NCBI RefSeq assembly: GCF_018977255.1
Contig: NW_024705278.1
Span: forward strand, 1 to 57,067
DNA length: 57,067 bases
Origin: Callorhinchus milii
Lineage: Eukaryota
Direction of reading: 5' to 3'
Numbering within the stretch: the first letter of the stretch is position 1; the number at the start of each line of letters is the position of its first letter. A program made the translations under genes and the position numbers. Below the pieces are notes generated by a model. That model saw nothing but the letters and a program-made list of their open reading frames with translations. It ran no database searches and had not been told where the DNA came from. Positions 23,776 through 38,400 of the stretch are shown piece after piece.

Positions 23776-25242
23776 TACTTGAACTAAGTTACCCGGACTA
23801 TGGAAGGCGAGGACATATAATGAAGGGGTCTACAAACATTCCATTGGTGACATGCTGAGATGGCAACAGGCAAGCCCTTAGTGCCCGCGTTCCATCCAGT
23901 GTCTGAGGGGTTGCGCAATCAGAGGGGAGGCTGAGCGCGTCGCTGCCTCACCCCTCGTCTCGCCCTGCAAATTTGGAGATTTTGACTATAAGTATGTAAC
24001 CTGTAAAAAACTTTTTTTAAAAACACGCTTTTATTAAATGTACGAGTAATGGAAGAACTCCACGACTCTAGGAAGTGGCCCCGAAGTTTGCCATAACGTA
24101 AGGGACGGTAGACAATTACATCCAACGTCAGTTGACCGTGGGAACAATTAGACCCAAGCCAAAACATAACATGTAAAAAAGATTGTTTAAACATTTTTTA
24201 TTTAATAATAGAATATAGTATTGTCATCAGTTTGGCATAAGTACAGTGAGGGAAAAAAGTATTTGATCCCCTGCTGATTTTGTGCGTTTGCCCATCGTGG
24301 ACAATTAGACCCAAGCCGAAACATAACATATGAAAAAGAATGTTTACAAATATATACACATTTATTAAAAAGTATTTAATTAAGTAGAACCAACGTGACT
24401 TTCCCGAAAAAAACAAAGTATGAATCCTTGCAGTCACGAAAGCTTAAAATCTAGAATTAAGCAGAACGTTTTGTCTATACTCTATATGTATTTAAAGTTG
24501 TGCATTTTGATGTGATGTGACATTTCTCAAACCCCCGCCCCCCTGGTCTCCTTTCTAATAAATCTTTTCTCCTACAACATCAGAGTGCAGCGCCACATTA
24601 AATACGCACTACAATGACAATAGTTTAAAGCGATTTGAAGCGTGTTTTATATATTTGGGGGGGGGGGCAGAGCTTTGTGACGTCATATTTGAGGGGGTCT
24701 GACTTTTTGTGACGAGGGGGGGAGGGGGTCAAAAATCGGCCAAAATCACGTGACGTCATTTATGAACGGCCCCAATACGCAAACTTGAACTCTGATCCCC
24801 GTTCTTTGACGTCACCACTAAGCATTACCTCATCGGTGTGAAACGCCAGGGGGGGCGGTGCGCCTCGTTAGTGACGTCATGTCACCCCTGCTTGGTCACC
24901 GCCAATATCTGTTCCGGTATAGTCCTTATTTGGGCAAAGCTACGCCCAGTGACTGGCGGCTCATTAACATAATCTACGAACTAAGCTTTGGTGACTGCAG
25001 GAATTGCTCATTGGTTATTTCGGTAAAGAAATTAAATAAAAATAAAATTAACATAATATATTCGTTAAAAGCCGTCGCGAGTTTTTTTTATTGCGACGGG
25101 TTCAGCACCCACGCCCCATCATCCCTCGACGCGTGACTTTACCGAAAGAGCCAATGAGTGTACAACGAGTTGAGTCATTCCTGCAGTTGACGAAAGCTTC
25201 AATTCTCGAATAAGTTATTCAGTTACCCAGCCCCGCTCGTTG

Positions 25243-25343
25243 GGGGCGTGTCTTGTACCCCGGAAGTGAATATTACGTCACATCCTGCTGCCGCCATAAC
25301 GTAGCGAGGTAACGAGAAGCTGCCGTTGAAATCCGAGGTGAGA
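25243..25343 (+). promoter_or_regulatory. Putative core promoter of ZNF copy 3
   Basis: GC box, CCGGAAGTG, TTACGTCA, GCCGCCAT and donor sites as in unit 1. Confidence 0.5.
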
Positions 25344-25752
25344 GATTTTCATCGTGGTGGTTGTTGTAGTTGTTGTTTACCAAGGTAGAGCCTCTCTCTC
25401 GTAGGGATGTCAATTGAGTCGCAGCGAGTATGGGAATCCATGTCCAGGTTGGGACATTACAACGTGGGGCTTAGTCACGCGGGGCCTCGCCTCCTGCCCT
25501 CGCCTGAAGGCCTTTGTTTGAATTCTCTCGCTTCAACTTGATCTGGAAGCTTTCGTGACGGCAGCAGAAATAAAATAAATGAAGAAACAACCAATTTAAT
25601 TTAGTTTTATCATTTATTTTAGTTGTTTTTTCATAATATTTTTATAATACAAATTCTTTTTTTCATAAAAAATGAAAAAACAACTAAATGTATTTTTTTT
25701 AGAGATACACACATAGGCACACAGAGAGATAAAACAGACAGAGGCACACGTA

Positions 25753-25955
25753 AATTTCGATTTAAAGCTTTCGTGACTGCAGGGATTCATCTTCTTGGTT
25801 CTTTCGGTAAAGTCACGTCGAAGGGAAGTAATAAAAATAACCTGAGGACGGCTGCTTGCGTTGTGGCCGAAACGTCGTGAGAATTATTTTATTATGTTTT
25901 GTTTTTATTATTTTATTACTTCCCTTCTACGTGACTTTACCGAAAGAACCAAGAA
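25753..25955. mobile_element. Penelope-like inverted pLTR insertion with partly deleted left arm; hammerhead core at 25842
   Basis: 12-bp TSD GAGGCACAC(G/A)TA at 25741-25752 and 25956-25967. Contains CTGAGGA-CGGCTGC..GTGGCC-GAAACGTC. Confidence 0.7.
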
Positions 25956-28805
25956 GAGGCACACATAGGCACACTGAGAGAGACACATAGGCACACAGAG
26001 AGAGAGAGAGAGACAGAGAGAGATAACACAGAGACAGAGAGATACACACATAGGCACACACATAATCAACACCTCTGTGACAAGGCCTTAAATAGAGAGA
26101 GAAGGGGGCTGAGAGAGGGGGAGGGGGTAGAGAAATGAGCATGGCAATGAGAAATTTGGAGCTTTCGTGACTGCAGGAAATACTACAACACGAGGACACT
26201 TTCGGTTTTTATTTTATGTAACCAGGCCAAGCCCACTTGAGCTGCTGTACCGCTCTTATGATTTGAAGCTTTCGTGAGTGCAGGAATCCATACTCTTTGT
26301 TTTTTCGGTAAAGTCATGTAGGAAGAAAAAATAAGTAATAGCATACGACGTTTCCTTTGCAACACGAGCAATCACCATCAGGTACAAATGAATGAGAAAG
26401 CAAAGCTTTAAATCGAAATTTAAAGCAAAGCTTGTAAACTTGAACTATACTCTTTGGTTCTTTCGGTAAAAGTTACGTAGGTATAAAATTAAATAAACTT
26501 AGAACTACAATGCAATACAACACAGAGAGTCGGCAAAGATAACAGTCAACTCCCCACCTGGTTTATTAACGTTCTTCCAAAGATTGATACATTTGAGAGA
26601 GAGAACTAAACACAGACACGGAGACACAGACACACAAGCAGAGATAGATAACACAGAGAGAGATACACACAAGCAGAGAGAGATAACACAGACACACAGA
26701 GAGAGACACATAAGCAGAGAGATAAAACAAACACACAGAGAGAGAGACACACATAGGCACACAGAGCGAGACACACATAGGCACACAGAGAGAGATAACA
26801 CAGACACCGAGACACACAGAGACACACACACATAGGCACACACAGAAACAACACCTGTGTTGAGGCCTTAAATAGAGAGAGAAGGGGGCTGAGAGAGGGG
26901 GGTGGGTAGAGAAATGAGCATGGCAATGAGAGATTTGGAGCTTTCGTGACTGCAGGAAATACTACAACACGAGGACACTTTCGGTTTTTATTTTATGTAA
27001 CCAGGCCAAGCCCGCTTGAGCTGCTATACCGCTCTTATGATTTGAAGCTTTCGTGAGTGCAGGAATCCATACTCTTTGGTTCTTTCGGTAGAGTCACGTA
27101 GGTAGAAAATAAAATAAATCACGACGTTTTGGGCGCAACACAAGCGTCCGCTCTTGTTTTCAGAAGCGACCTGCCCACACAACAAAGGTGGGCTTTGTCA
27201 ACGTGTGGAAATGACTATCGGTCAAAGCTCTAAACGCGTGCTGATATTCACTCTTAAATGTGGAGGGCGATCTGGAGGAAAATCCACGCCAACAGAGAGA
27301 GAGAGGGAGACACGCAAACTCAGCCATGTTGATTTGATCCTGAATTATTTGGTGGAGTGAGGAAGCATTGAAAACGTTTTGGTTTAGCCATGTTTGTTTT
27401 TTGTAGTACACAGCCTGATAACTTTAATCTAAATTGCCCTATGGTTGTTTTTGTTGACTTGCATCCCACTGGGATTTTCTGCATACAGAGTTGAAATGCG
27501 GTGTTTTTTCTGCTGTTTTTTCCTGGATTTGTTTGTTGCGTGTAGTCACTTTAAGATGTTTCTTGTTCACGTTTTTGCTTGTTGCGTTTGCCCCCGAGTC
27601 AAGAGCCACATGGCTCACGGGGTTATCTATACATAAAAGGGAAATTTGTGAATGTGTATCTGTTCTAAATGTTTAGCATACTTTTCGACATGCAACAAAC
27701 TTACAATTTGGCATGTGGGTACCTTCCAGACTGTACACAATGCAAAAAGTATAAAAATGGACTTTTGCATTTTTCTGGGGGGGGGGCGCAATAATGAATA
27801 TATTTTGCACGGCAAGTGAGTGGTGACCTCATGTCTATGATGTCACACGCATGCGGCAGCGTCACGCAGTTTGCATGCTGACGTCACGCACCCCCCACCC
27901 TCCGCGTAGGCCGTGGATTCATTCAAGACAAGAATCCAAGTCTCGGGCGACGCCCGGTAGTAAAGTTAGTACCAAATAAATGAAACTGAAACATTAATAC
28001 TGAACAGATGAAGGTGTGTGGCCAGGCATGGTTCTGGACACGCCACCACCTGTTTAACGCGGCAGTGTGTGGCAGTGTCAAGTTTGTGTTTGAAGTAAAG
28101 TCTATTAACTCTATTGAACACGGAGGATATATGAAAACAATGGTTTATGTTTTTGTTTTCATCTGGAACTCTTTATGAGAATGGAAGCAGTCAGGAAGTT
28201 GACGCAACACACATGCAGCTGAGGTTAGATCTGTTCAAACCAGCATTCAAGGAAATCTGAGCCTGGCTTCACACCTCTAAGTTGCGATTGAACATGGATT
28301 TATGCATAACACAATTAGTATTATTTTTAACACCCTTTGCTATGTCAGCTGAATTTAGCTCTTATAAATATTCATTTTGTAGCCAGACAGCCGAAATTGT
28401 GTGCTTGGAGTTTTGGGTTAACATTCATTTTGAAGATACAAGGGCTTCTAGGAATGTGTATGACCATTTGCCCTCTCATAGTGCGCCATAACAGCCTTTG
28501 TGATGAATTTGGGAAACTTTTTTTTATCATGAATATATGAATACGTATAGACGTGTTAGTCATGTGTGACTGTATTTATATATTCTCTTTGGTTCTTTCG
28601 GTAAAGTCACATAGGTAGAAATAAAATAAGTAATATTTTTAAAAATTATTTTAAAACAAGCTTTTATGAAATGTACTAGTAATGGAAGAACTCTACGACT
28701 CCAGGAAGTGGCCCCGAGGCTTGCCATAACGTAAGCGACCGTGGTCATTTACAGCCAACGTCAGTTTACCGTGGACAATTAGACCAAAGCCAGAAACATA
28801 ACATG

Positions 28806-29336
28806 TGTAATGGGTTCCGGAGACACTTGTAGAGGTAACTTCTTTATTACAATCCAACAACTCTCCAACAGTCCTGATGCTCTGTTACAGCCGAGGTACA
28901 CAGCCTAGGTACACAGCCTAGATACACTACTCTGGCTACGCTCTGGAACTCGCTCTCACAAGGACGTAGAGCCGGGAGTTCGAGAGTCCCACCACTGGCT
29001 CTCGCAGCGTCCCAGGGTCCTGAGATGGCTGGTCTTGGGTCTTGAGCTACGACTGGCCTGATCGTCCAGGGATCTCCCTTTTATGCCTAGTTCCCAACGA
29101 GGGTGGGGCCATGTGCGCCCCCAGATATCCACAGAGCACACACAGCCCCCCCCCCCCCCGTTGGTGGCGCCAAGGGCTTAAGCGCCTGGGCCGCCTGGGA
29201 ACCCAACGCCTGGCCCCAAGAGGCTTAAGCGTCTGGACCGCCTGGGATCCCAGCGTCCGGTGCCAAGGGGCCCAAGCGCCTGGGCCGACCAGGGTCCCAG
29301 AGCCCCCAGCAGCCCCTCCCCTCCCATGTCACTACA
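28806..29336 (-). mobile_element. Solo LTR (531 bp) of a second LTR family
   Basis: TGTAATG...CACTACA termini; 4-bp TSD CATG at 28802-28805 and 29337-29340; empty site in units 1 and 2. The minus strand has a TATA-like CATAAAAG and a distal AATAAA. Confidence 0.8.
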
Positions 29337-29409
29337 CATGTAAAAAAGATTGTTTAAACATTTTTTATTTATGATTGAATATAGTATTGTCATCAGTATG
29401 GCATAAGTA

Positions 29410-30770
29410 CAGTGAGGGAAAAAGTATTTGATCCTCTGCTGATTTTGTGCGTTTGCCCACTGACAAAGAAATGATCAGTCTATAATTTAATGGTAGGTTT
29501 ATTTGAACACTGGGAGACAGAATAACAACAACAAAAAACACATGTCAAAAATGTTATCAATTGATTTGGATTTTAATGAGGGAAATAATTAGTTGACCCC
29601 TCTGCAAAACATGACTTAGTATTTGGTGGCAAAACCCTTGTTGGCAATCACAGAGGTCAGACGTTTCTTGTAGTTGGCCATCAGGTTTGCACACATCTCA
29701 GGAGGGATTTTTTCCCACACCTCTTTGCAGATCTTTTCCAAGTCATAAAGGTTTCGAGGCTGACGTTTGGCAACTCGAACCTTCAGGTCCCTCCACAGAT
29801 TTTCTATGGGATTAAGGTCTGGAGACTGGCTAGGCCACTCTCGGACCTTAATGTGCTTCTTCTTGAGGCACTCCTTTGTTGCCTTGGCCGTGTGTTTTGG
29901 GTCATTGTCATGCTGGAATACCCATCCACGACCCATTTTCAATGCCCTGGCTGAGGGAAGGAGGTTCTCACCCAAGATTTGACGGTACATGGCCCCGTCC
30001 ATCGTCCATTTGATGCGGTGAAGTTGTCCTGTCCCCTTAGAAGAAAAACACCCCCAAAGCATAATGTTTCCACCTCCATGTTTGACGGTGGGGATGGTGT
30101 TCTTGGGGTCATAGGCAGCATTCCTCCTCCTCCAAACACGGCGAGTTGAGTTGATACCAAAGAGCTCCATTTTGGTCTCATCTGACCACAACACTTTCGC
30201 CCACTTGTCCCCTGAATCATTCAGATGTTCATTGGCCAACTTCAGACGGGCATGTATATGTGCTTTCTTGAGCAGGGGGACCTTGCGGGCGCTACAGGAT
30301 TTCAGTCCTTCACGGCGTAGTGTGTTACCAACTGTTTCACCAAACTGCTTGGCGATGGTCTTGTAGCCAATTCCAGCCTTGTGTAGGTCTACAATCTTGT
30401 CCCTGACATCCTTGGAGAGCTCTTTGGTCTTGGCCATGGTGAAGAGTTTGGAATCTGATTGATTGCTTGCTTCTGTGAACAGGTGTCTTTTATACAGGTA
30501 ACGAGCTGAGATTAGGAGCTCACTCTTAAAGGGAGTGCTCCTAATCTCAGATTGTTACCTGTATTAAAGACACTTGGGAGCCAGAAATATTTCTGATTGA
30601 GGGGGGTCAAATACGTATTTCCCTCATTAACATGCAAATCAATTTATAACATTTTTGACATGCGTTTTTCTGAATTTTGTTGTTATTCTGTCTCTCCCTG
30701 TTCAAATAAACCTACCATTAAAATTATTGACTGATCATTTCTTTGCCAGTGGGCAAACATACAAAATCAG
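29410..30770 (-). mobile_element. Tc1-family DNA transposon with long (~200 bp) TIRs; right TIR tip deleted
   Basis: Starts TA+CAGTGAGGG. ~30600-30770 is the reverse complement of ~29440-29600. The last ~28 bp of that TIR and ~95 bp of flank are missing relative to unit 1. Confidence 0.9.
29616..30437 (-). CDS. Tc1 transposase (DD34E), 273 aa, in-frame deletion in the N-terminal DNA-binding region
   Basis: [10 protein letters not shown] start, [22 protein letters not shown] and [11 protein letters not shown] motifs; 34 residues between the second D and E; shorter than the typical ~340 aa. Confidence 0.9.
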   Translation of the reverse strand: MAKTKELSKDVRDKIVDLHKAGIGYKTIAKQFGETVGNTLRREGLKSCSARKVPLLKKAHIHARLKLANEHLNDSGDKWAKVLWSDETKMELFGINSTRRVWRRRNAAYDPKNTIPTVKHGGGNIMLWGCFSSKGTGQLHRIKWTMDGAMYRQILGENLLPSARALKMGRGWVFQHDNDPKHTAKATKECLKKKHIKVREWPSQSPDLNPIENLWRDLKVRVAKRQPRNLYDLEKICKEVWEKIPPEMCANLMANYKKRLTSVIANKGFATKY

Positions 30771-31070
30771 AGTGAGTTAAATGAAAGCATGTATAAAAAT
30801 AAATCACAGCAGACATCTCGGCGATTGCGATTTTCACCCGAAGACGAACGCTTGTGTTGCATTTGAAACGTCATTTATGTTATTTCTACCTACGTGACTT
30901 TACCGAAAGAACCAAAGAGTATGGATTCCTGCAGTCATGAAAGCTTCAAATCAAGATTGTGTACATATATATGCGTATATTCATTCCTCTGTGCCTCTAC
31001 TGACGTGTCGATGGTATTTTCTGTCTGCAGCTGTCGCTTCCTCTGACGCTTCCTCAGCAGAATTGGTCTG

Positions 31071-32733
<1,663 letters not shown>

Positions 32734-32884
32734 GCTTGAGACGATGTCGCTCCAATAGATGCACCTTTGTCACAGGCCTTTAATGAAAATAATGTGAAGT
32801 AGAACATTGAAATCCTAGGTTTAACCTGCAGGGTAAGAGCGGTCAGTCTTGGTGGATCTGTTGGTTGGGTAGATATCTCACCAG

Positions 32885-33060
32885 GAGCCTCAGTGATTCA
32901 CACTAAACCCTATTGGAGCCTTCGTCTGACTCTGTGAGCCTCAGTGATTCACACTGAAGCCTATGGGAGCCTTAGTCTGGCTCTGTGAGCCTCAGTGATT
33001 AACACTGAAGCCTATGGGAGCCTGAGTCTGGCTTTGTGAGCCTCGGTAATTAACACTGAA
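32885..33060. repeat. 51-bp minisatellite, 3 full units plus 1 partial
   Basis: Units at 32885, 32936, 32987 and 33038. Confidence 0.9.
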
Positions 33061-33253
33061 CGCGATGGATGGGAGCCAGTGACATGGGGTGAGGTCTGTG
33101 GCTGATGGAGGCACCGGGGGCGTGGCCTCACCGAAGGGGGGGTGTGTCTGACGCCCCCCCTCAGTGAGGCAGATGTGATAGCTGCCGACCCTGGTGCTTT
33201 TTCATTGCAGTTTCATGACGAGATCAGCGAGCCTACGTATCTTTATACACATA

Positions 33254-33690
33254 CAGTAGAACCTCTGGTCACGAACGCTTCTGACCACGACCAAATTGGG
33301 TTCCATCCAAAACATTGACATTTTTGAATCTGGTCACGAACACATACTCGGGTGGCGATCAAACACGGCCGCGGCCGATTTCCCCTTGCGCGACATTTTT
33401 GTTGTTGAATTACACAAAGCGTAACAGTTATGTATATAACTTTTGCTATATAAAATTCCTAGTAAATATACATTTTGTGAGTGTAGTCATACCCCTCCCC
33501 CTCATTCAAGCCATAATTTAGAGAGCGACAGCGCTGAGTACGTAAATTGCTAACATAAGAACCCGTTAATCTCTTCTCGCATCATTCATACGATGATGCG
33601 GTGAAGTAAACATTCATACGATATTACGGTGAATGCTTCCAAAAACAATACTGTACCCAAATATTACTGTTAACTTATTTTCAATAGAAA
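33254..33690. mobile_element. Left half of Tigger/pogo-like MITE, interrupted by the LTR element
   Basis: TA+CAGTAGAACCTC TIR; ends at target site GAAA 33687-33690. Confidence 0.75.
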
Positions 33691-35451
33691 TGTAATGCGA
33701 GCGTAAATGGGAAGGCCGGATGTGACGATCCGAGAGGGAGGAGTCAGGGTCACGTGGGTGAGAGGTTATAGGAGGGAGCCCGGAAGAGATATGGGCAGTC
33801 GAGGGAGTGAAGAGGCGAGACCACGTTGGGTGGCCGCCGTGCCATCAGCCGCGAGGCTGATAGGGCTTGGCACCCCGCCAGCTAGCGGTGTGCGGAGAGA
33901 GAGCGGAGTGTGCGGGGCGCACAGGGCGTGCGAGGTTGCACGGGGCTAATAGAGTGGCTAGCGGGACCTTGCGGGTAGCACGGGGCTAGCGGAGGGCTAG
34001 CGGAGCATGCGAGGTTGCACGGGCAGCAGAGTGGCTGCAGAGTGTGCGGGAGCACACGGAGCAGCGGGGTGGCTGCAGAGTGCGCGGGGCGCGAGGAGAG
34101 ACGACGCTGGGCCGAGGAGGAGGCAAGCGGGGTGCGCAGGAGAAGAATATAAATAAAGGACCAACGAAGAGTGACATCGTGTGAAGGAGGCCTTTATGAC
34201 ATTGGAGTCAGAAGTGGACTTTTTCAAGGCTAAATAACATCGAGGAAGAGGGCCGAGAACTTGAAAAAGTGTAACCCACTTGTTACGTCTTTCGACGACG
34301 AAGAAACGGCCGCCGGCGCACGTCCTCCAGCGGCCACGTGGTGGTCCAACTTGAATCGCTGCGGGCCGTTCTGCCTGGTTTTTTCACCCTGGTGGCGCCG
34401 GCGACGAGGCAGGATCGGCCACGCGGCAGGCCTGAAAGCGGTGAGCCTTCGAGTGGGGCTGAGCCGTCCGCCATTGGGGCCTGGCCCACGCTTCCCGTCC
34501 TCTCCGACACGCGGCAGGGCGCCGCCATCTTGGGTGTGGTCGGGGAGGATAGGTGGGAAGCCACCATCTTGTCGTCGCCGCGGCGGGAAGCCACCACCAT
34601 CTTCAATATTGCGGCGGAGAGGTGGCCGTGCGCTGCCATCTTGGAGGCGCCGTGTGGTGTGCAGCCTGCTGCTGAGCTGCTGTTTTGCGGGGAGGAGCCG
34701 CGAGGAGAGGACGCCGACGCTGCTGCTGCTGGGCGGGAGCACTCCCGTCCTGGCTCGTGTACGAGACACCGGAGCAGTCAAGGGAGGACGCTGCGCTCAC
34801 CGTTCGAGTTTTGCGAGGCGTTTCAAGTTAACATCCTGCCGTCCTCTGCTCGCTGCAGCCCGGGCGAGTCGTAACGATATGCACCCGGCCCTAACACACA
34901 CCTCACCCATCTAGTGTGTGCCGGGGTGCGATTGTTGTCATGTCTTGAGCGTACAGAGCGCGGTTCGGGCTGTGTGTGTGTGTTAACGATGGACGCGCTA
35001 TCTGCTTGTTTGCTCAGTGTCAAATAGTGTGTGTGCGTTGTGGCGTGGAGTTGTTATCTTGATGGCGAAGTTAATTATTAATTCGGTTGTGTCGTGTATC
35101 CCGCGCTGTACCATCCCGTGGGTTGCCGTGTGCGACATGGTTAATTGAAAAAAAAAAATTTGGGTGTTGTTGCTGCATGGTACGACTGAGTTAATGGTGT
35201 GTCTGCCTGCAGCTCTGCTTGCTATTGTGCATGAATTTACGCTTGTGATCGCGATATGCTGACTGCATGTGCTGTATACACTGTTCTGTACGGATACGGA
35301 GTGCTGTGCATTGGTTGTGTGTACCTGTTAGGAAATTGTTCAAAATTCGGGGGGGCCCAAAAATTTGGTCGTATGAGTGTTCATGCACACGAGATTGCGT
35401 GTGTGTTAAAGCAAATTGCGAGTGTTGAGAGATGGGGCCGTAAATTGCCGC
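33691..35451 (+). mobile_element. LTR element copy 2: 5' LTR 33691-34201, PBS 34203-34217, internal region truncated by the gap
   Basis: TGTAAT...ATGACA followed by TGGAGTCAGAAGTGG, which resembles the complement of a tRNA-Leu 3' end (TGGTGTCAGAAGTGGGAT). Confidence 0.85.
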
Positions 35452-35481
35452 NNNNNNNNNNNNNNNNNNNNNNNNNNNNNN
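35452..35481. other. Assembly gap (30 N)
   Basis: Run of N. Confidence 1.
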
Positions 35482-38400
35482 TTTACTTCACTAGCGGTCG
35501 GTTTTTGCTAATTTGTCTAGGACTAAAATCCCCTAATGGGATAACCCGTAAGCCCCCTTCATATAATCTTGCTGGCCTTAGAAGGGCTAGATTTAGTGCA
35601 GGACGGAACGCGGTAAAGTCAGTTGCCTGAAGTGACATCGCACTCGTCCAATCGACTCCACCTCGAGTTAAGTGGGTGGATGGCGCCCTAATATAAGCGT
35701 CGTCGATCGATCGGCTATTATTAACGAGCCCCCGTGACTGGGTTCGGCGAGCTCCGCTGTAGCGTCGGGATACACCTTCGTTTCATCTAACATGATCCCT
35801 TCGCGGTGCATAGCACGTTTTAACTGACAATTTCATGTATCAAATAATCCTACACGGAGCCTCTTGCATAATGCGGCTCCGAATGGACCACTTAACCTAC
35901 ACAAGGACCACGCGGACCCTTTAGATTGTTGCGGAAAGCGACTCAGTGACATGATCCCATATCAGGGTTTACCATTGTGGATGTTGGTTATGGTCGTGGA
36001 AGAGCAAACGCGAAAAGAGCGACCGCCCCAGACCTCGTAATTTCCTAAAAACACTATGCAATCAGCTTGCCTGCGTCTGATTGGAAACACCTACTTTACA
36101 TCCCTCCGGTCCGCCAAAGTGCGTGACGTAGAAGGCGTGATGTGTATGGACGGTCGCATCGCGTGATCGTTAGCAGCGGATGTGTCCCTGGTCAATTTCA
36201 TTCGTCAGGGTACCTCATTCATGTACGGTTTACTTAAAGACGCCTCCAGACTCTGGCAACTTAACAGGACTATAGGTTGTGGATCGTCGATTAGCCGCAA
36301 TGAGGACCTGGACCTTTATCGGAATTCAACTCATAGGGTCTCCAGACCTAGTGTAACGTGACCTAAACGTCCGCAATTGAATATAGAGGGTAAACAGATG
36401 TCCTGCGGTAACGGGGTATCAGCCGAAAGCCAGGAGGTACGAATTTGTGGACATCGTGCCCTACGTCTAAAGTTTCAATGTGGTCTCTGTGTGTGAGGCT
36501 TCTCATTCCGTGACTTGACTCAACCGGACTATGGTGGTCTGTTCGCGTCGGTCTCGACAGGAACGTTCGCATTGTATCTTGACGTATCCTCGTAGGGAAC
36601 GTAACAGTTCTTGCAGAATCGATGGGGTACAGCCACCGGGACCATAAGTAGTAGGCGGACGGAGGAGGCCCGAAGTCGATCTTCGCATAAGGTCTTCCGG
36701 TTTTGGGCTAAATGAATGAGATGCTGGATATCCCTCTAGGTGAAAGTCAGGTACGCGGGTTGGTCACCAGCCGGTCCCGCCGACTCGACCCGCACTCCTC
36801 CAAAGCTGGTATCGGCGGAAACTTATCCCGGGAGTGTGGCCTCACACATATACAACGATAAGCCAATAGGCCTTAATACGATTGTGGCATCTGGCAGACA
36901 GCCGCCTAGATAGTGCACAGGTTATTACGGCTTGGCCTCGCTTCGGATATTCATGCGCAGGTGAGGCATCCAGTTTGGCTTGTGATACGAATAACTCGAT
37001 AGATTGAACGTGAGAAAGTATCCAGACGTGCTTTACGTCCAAGGAACAGCAGGTGGATTCGGTACCGGGAGTCCACACCAGGCAGATGTTGTATCGAATG
37101 ACAACTGAATACAGTAAAGGTAATAGTAAGTTGGGGCTGAATGCAATGCATAGCACCTGTGGTATGCGCAACATAGCGTACTTATCTTGCAAGAATGAGA
37201 ATCGCTAAACTAATTAGTGGGATCTCACTGGAGACAGGACCGAGCTGGCTATGGACATGGGCTTGGTACGGCAGTAAGTGAGGCAACGAGGTGTGAAGAA
37301 GCGGGTTTCCTAACTGGTGTCTATACCGGAACCATGTCGTGCCAGAGAACATGCAAGGAGGTAGACGTACGGCGGAACCAAAATGCTAGGCTAGCTTACA
37401 ACTTGGACTGATGGATGCGAGGCGCAGAATGACACCCGAATAAAGATCATATGAGACGTAGATGGACCATTTGTACGGGGTATTGCAACCTGTAGAGGAG
37501 CTGCATACTTACTCGCACCTGGTCCGACAGTCGCGGCATCAATTATACAATCAGATGCGTATTATAACGGCCCCGGGAGGAGAATAGTGAACAATCGCTG
37601 GTACTCCAGCTATCATAAATGCGAAACTCTGAAAGGTGCCCATGCAGGAATAGGTGTTTTCGGGACGCCATCTGCGTTTAAGAGAGCTGGAACGCAATGA
37701 ATATGCTTCTAACTACTGGTATGATGATGAGTACCGAGTGTTAAAGCAGGATTGATTGCAGCCGCAATACTTACCGGTTAGACAAATAGTTAGGCAGGGG
37801 GTAGTCTACAGGTGAATTCTCCAGTCATAGGGCTTTGGTAAACCATTTGTTTAGGTGCTTTCTCACGTTGTGTAGGTGGTCGTGACTCCAAAAGTTAGGC
37901 GTTGATGATTCCTATCATGTATTTCAACAAGGCTGGCTGCCGGTCTCATGCTCTGTCGTAACAACGGCCTTTTAAGGATAAACGTGTGGGGGTATCCGAC
38001 AATTAAGACACCTCATTAGCATATTTGGCATGATGCGTGTTTTAACCTTTTGAAAGGTTGCAACTGTTAATCATCTGACACCATGGGCGACTCAAACATT
38101 CGCTCGACCTGGGGATTCCTACGAGTGTGTTGCAGGGGGGCTGGGAGGATGGAGGCGGCAATATTCGACTACTGTTTAAAGGGCGACGAAATCCAGAGGG
38201 CGTGACGCTTAAGTCGTCTCTGGTATCATCCTTAAATGCTTCCAAGCTCCGAACTGGTCAGATCGACCATCGGGGGTGTGACGAATTTACCCGATCTGTT
38301 ACAGAAGACATAAGTGATACAGGTTCGGTATGATCCCTAACGGAGATTCCACACTAATCCTTTCGGGTGAAAAAACGTCGATGTTTCCGTGATACCAGTC

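Noticed and set aside
34203-34217. tRNA gene
   Set aside because: Only a 15-nt complement to a tRNA 3' end (PBS); no cloverleaf.
34230-34914. Overlapping 118-217 aa ORFs after the PBS as a possible gag
   Set aside because: GC-rich, open on both strands, frames not conserved among the three copies, no zinc knuckle or capsid motif recognised.
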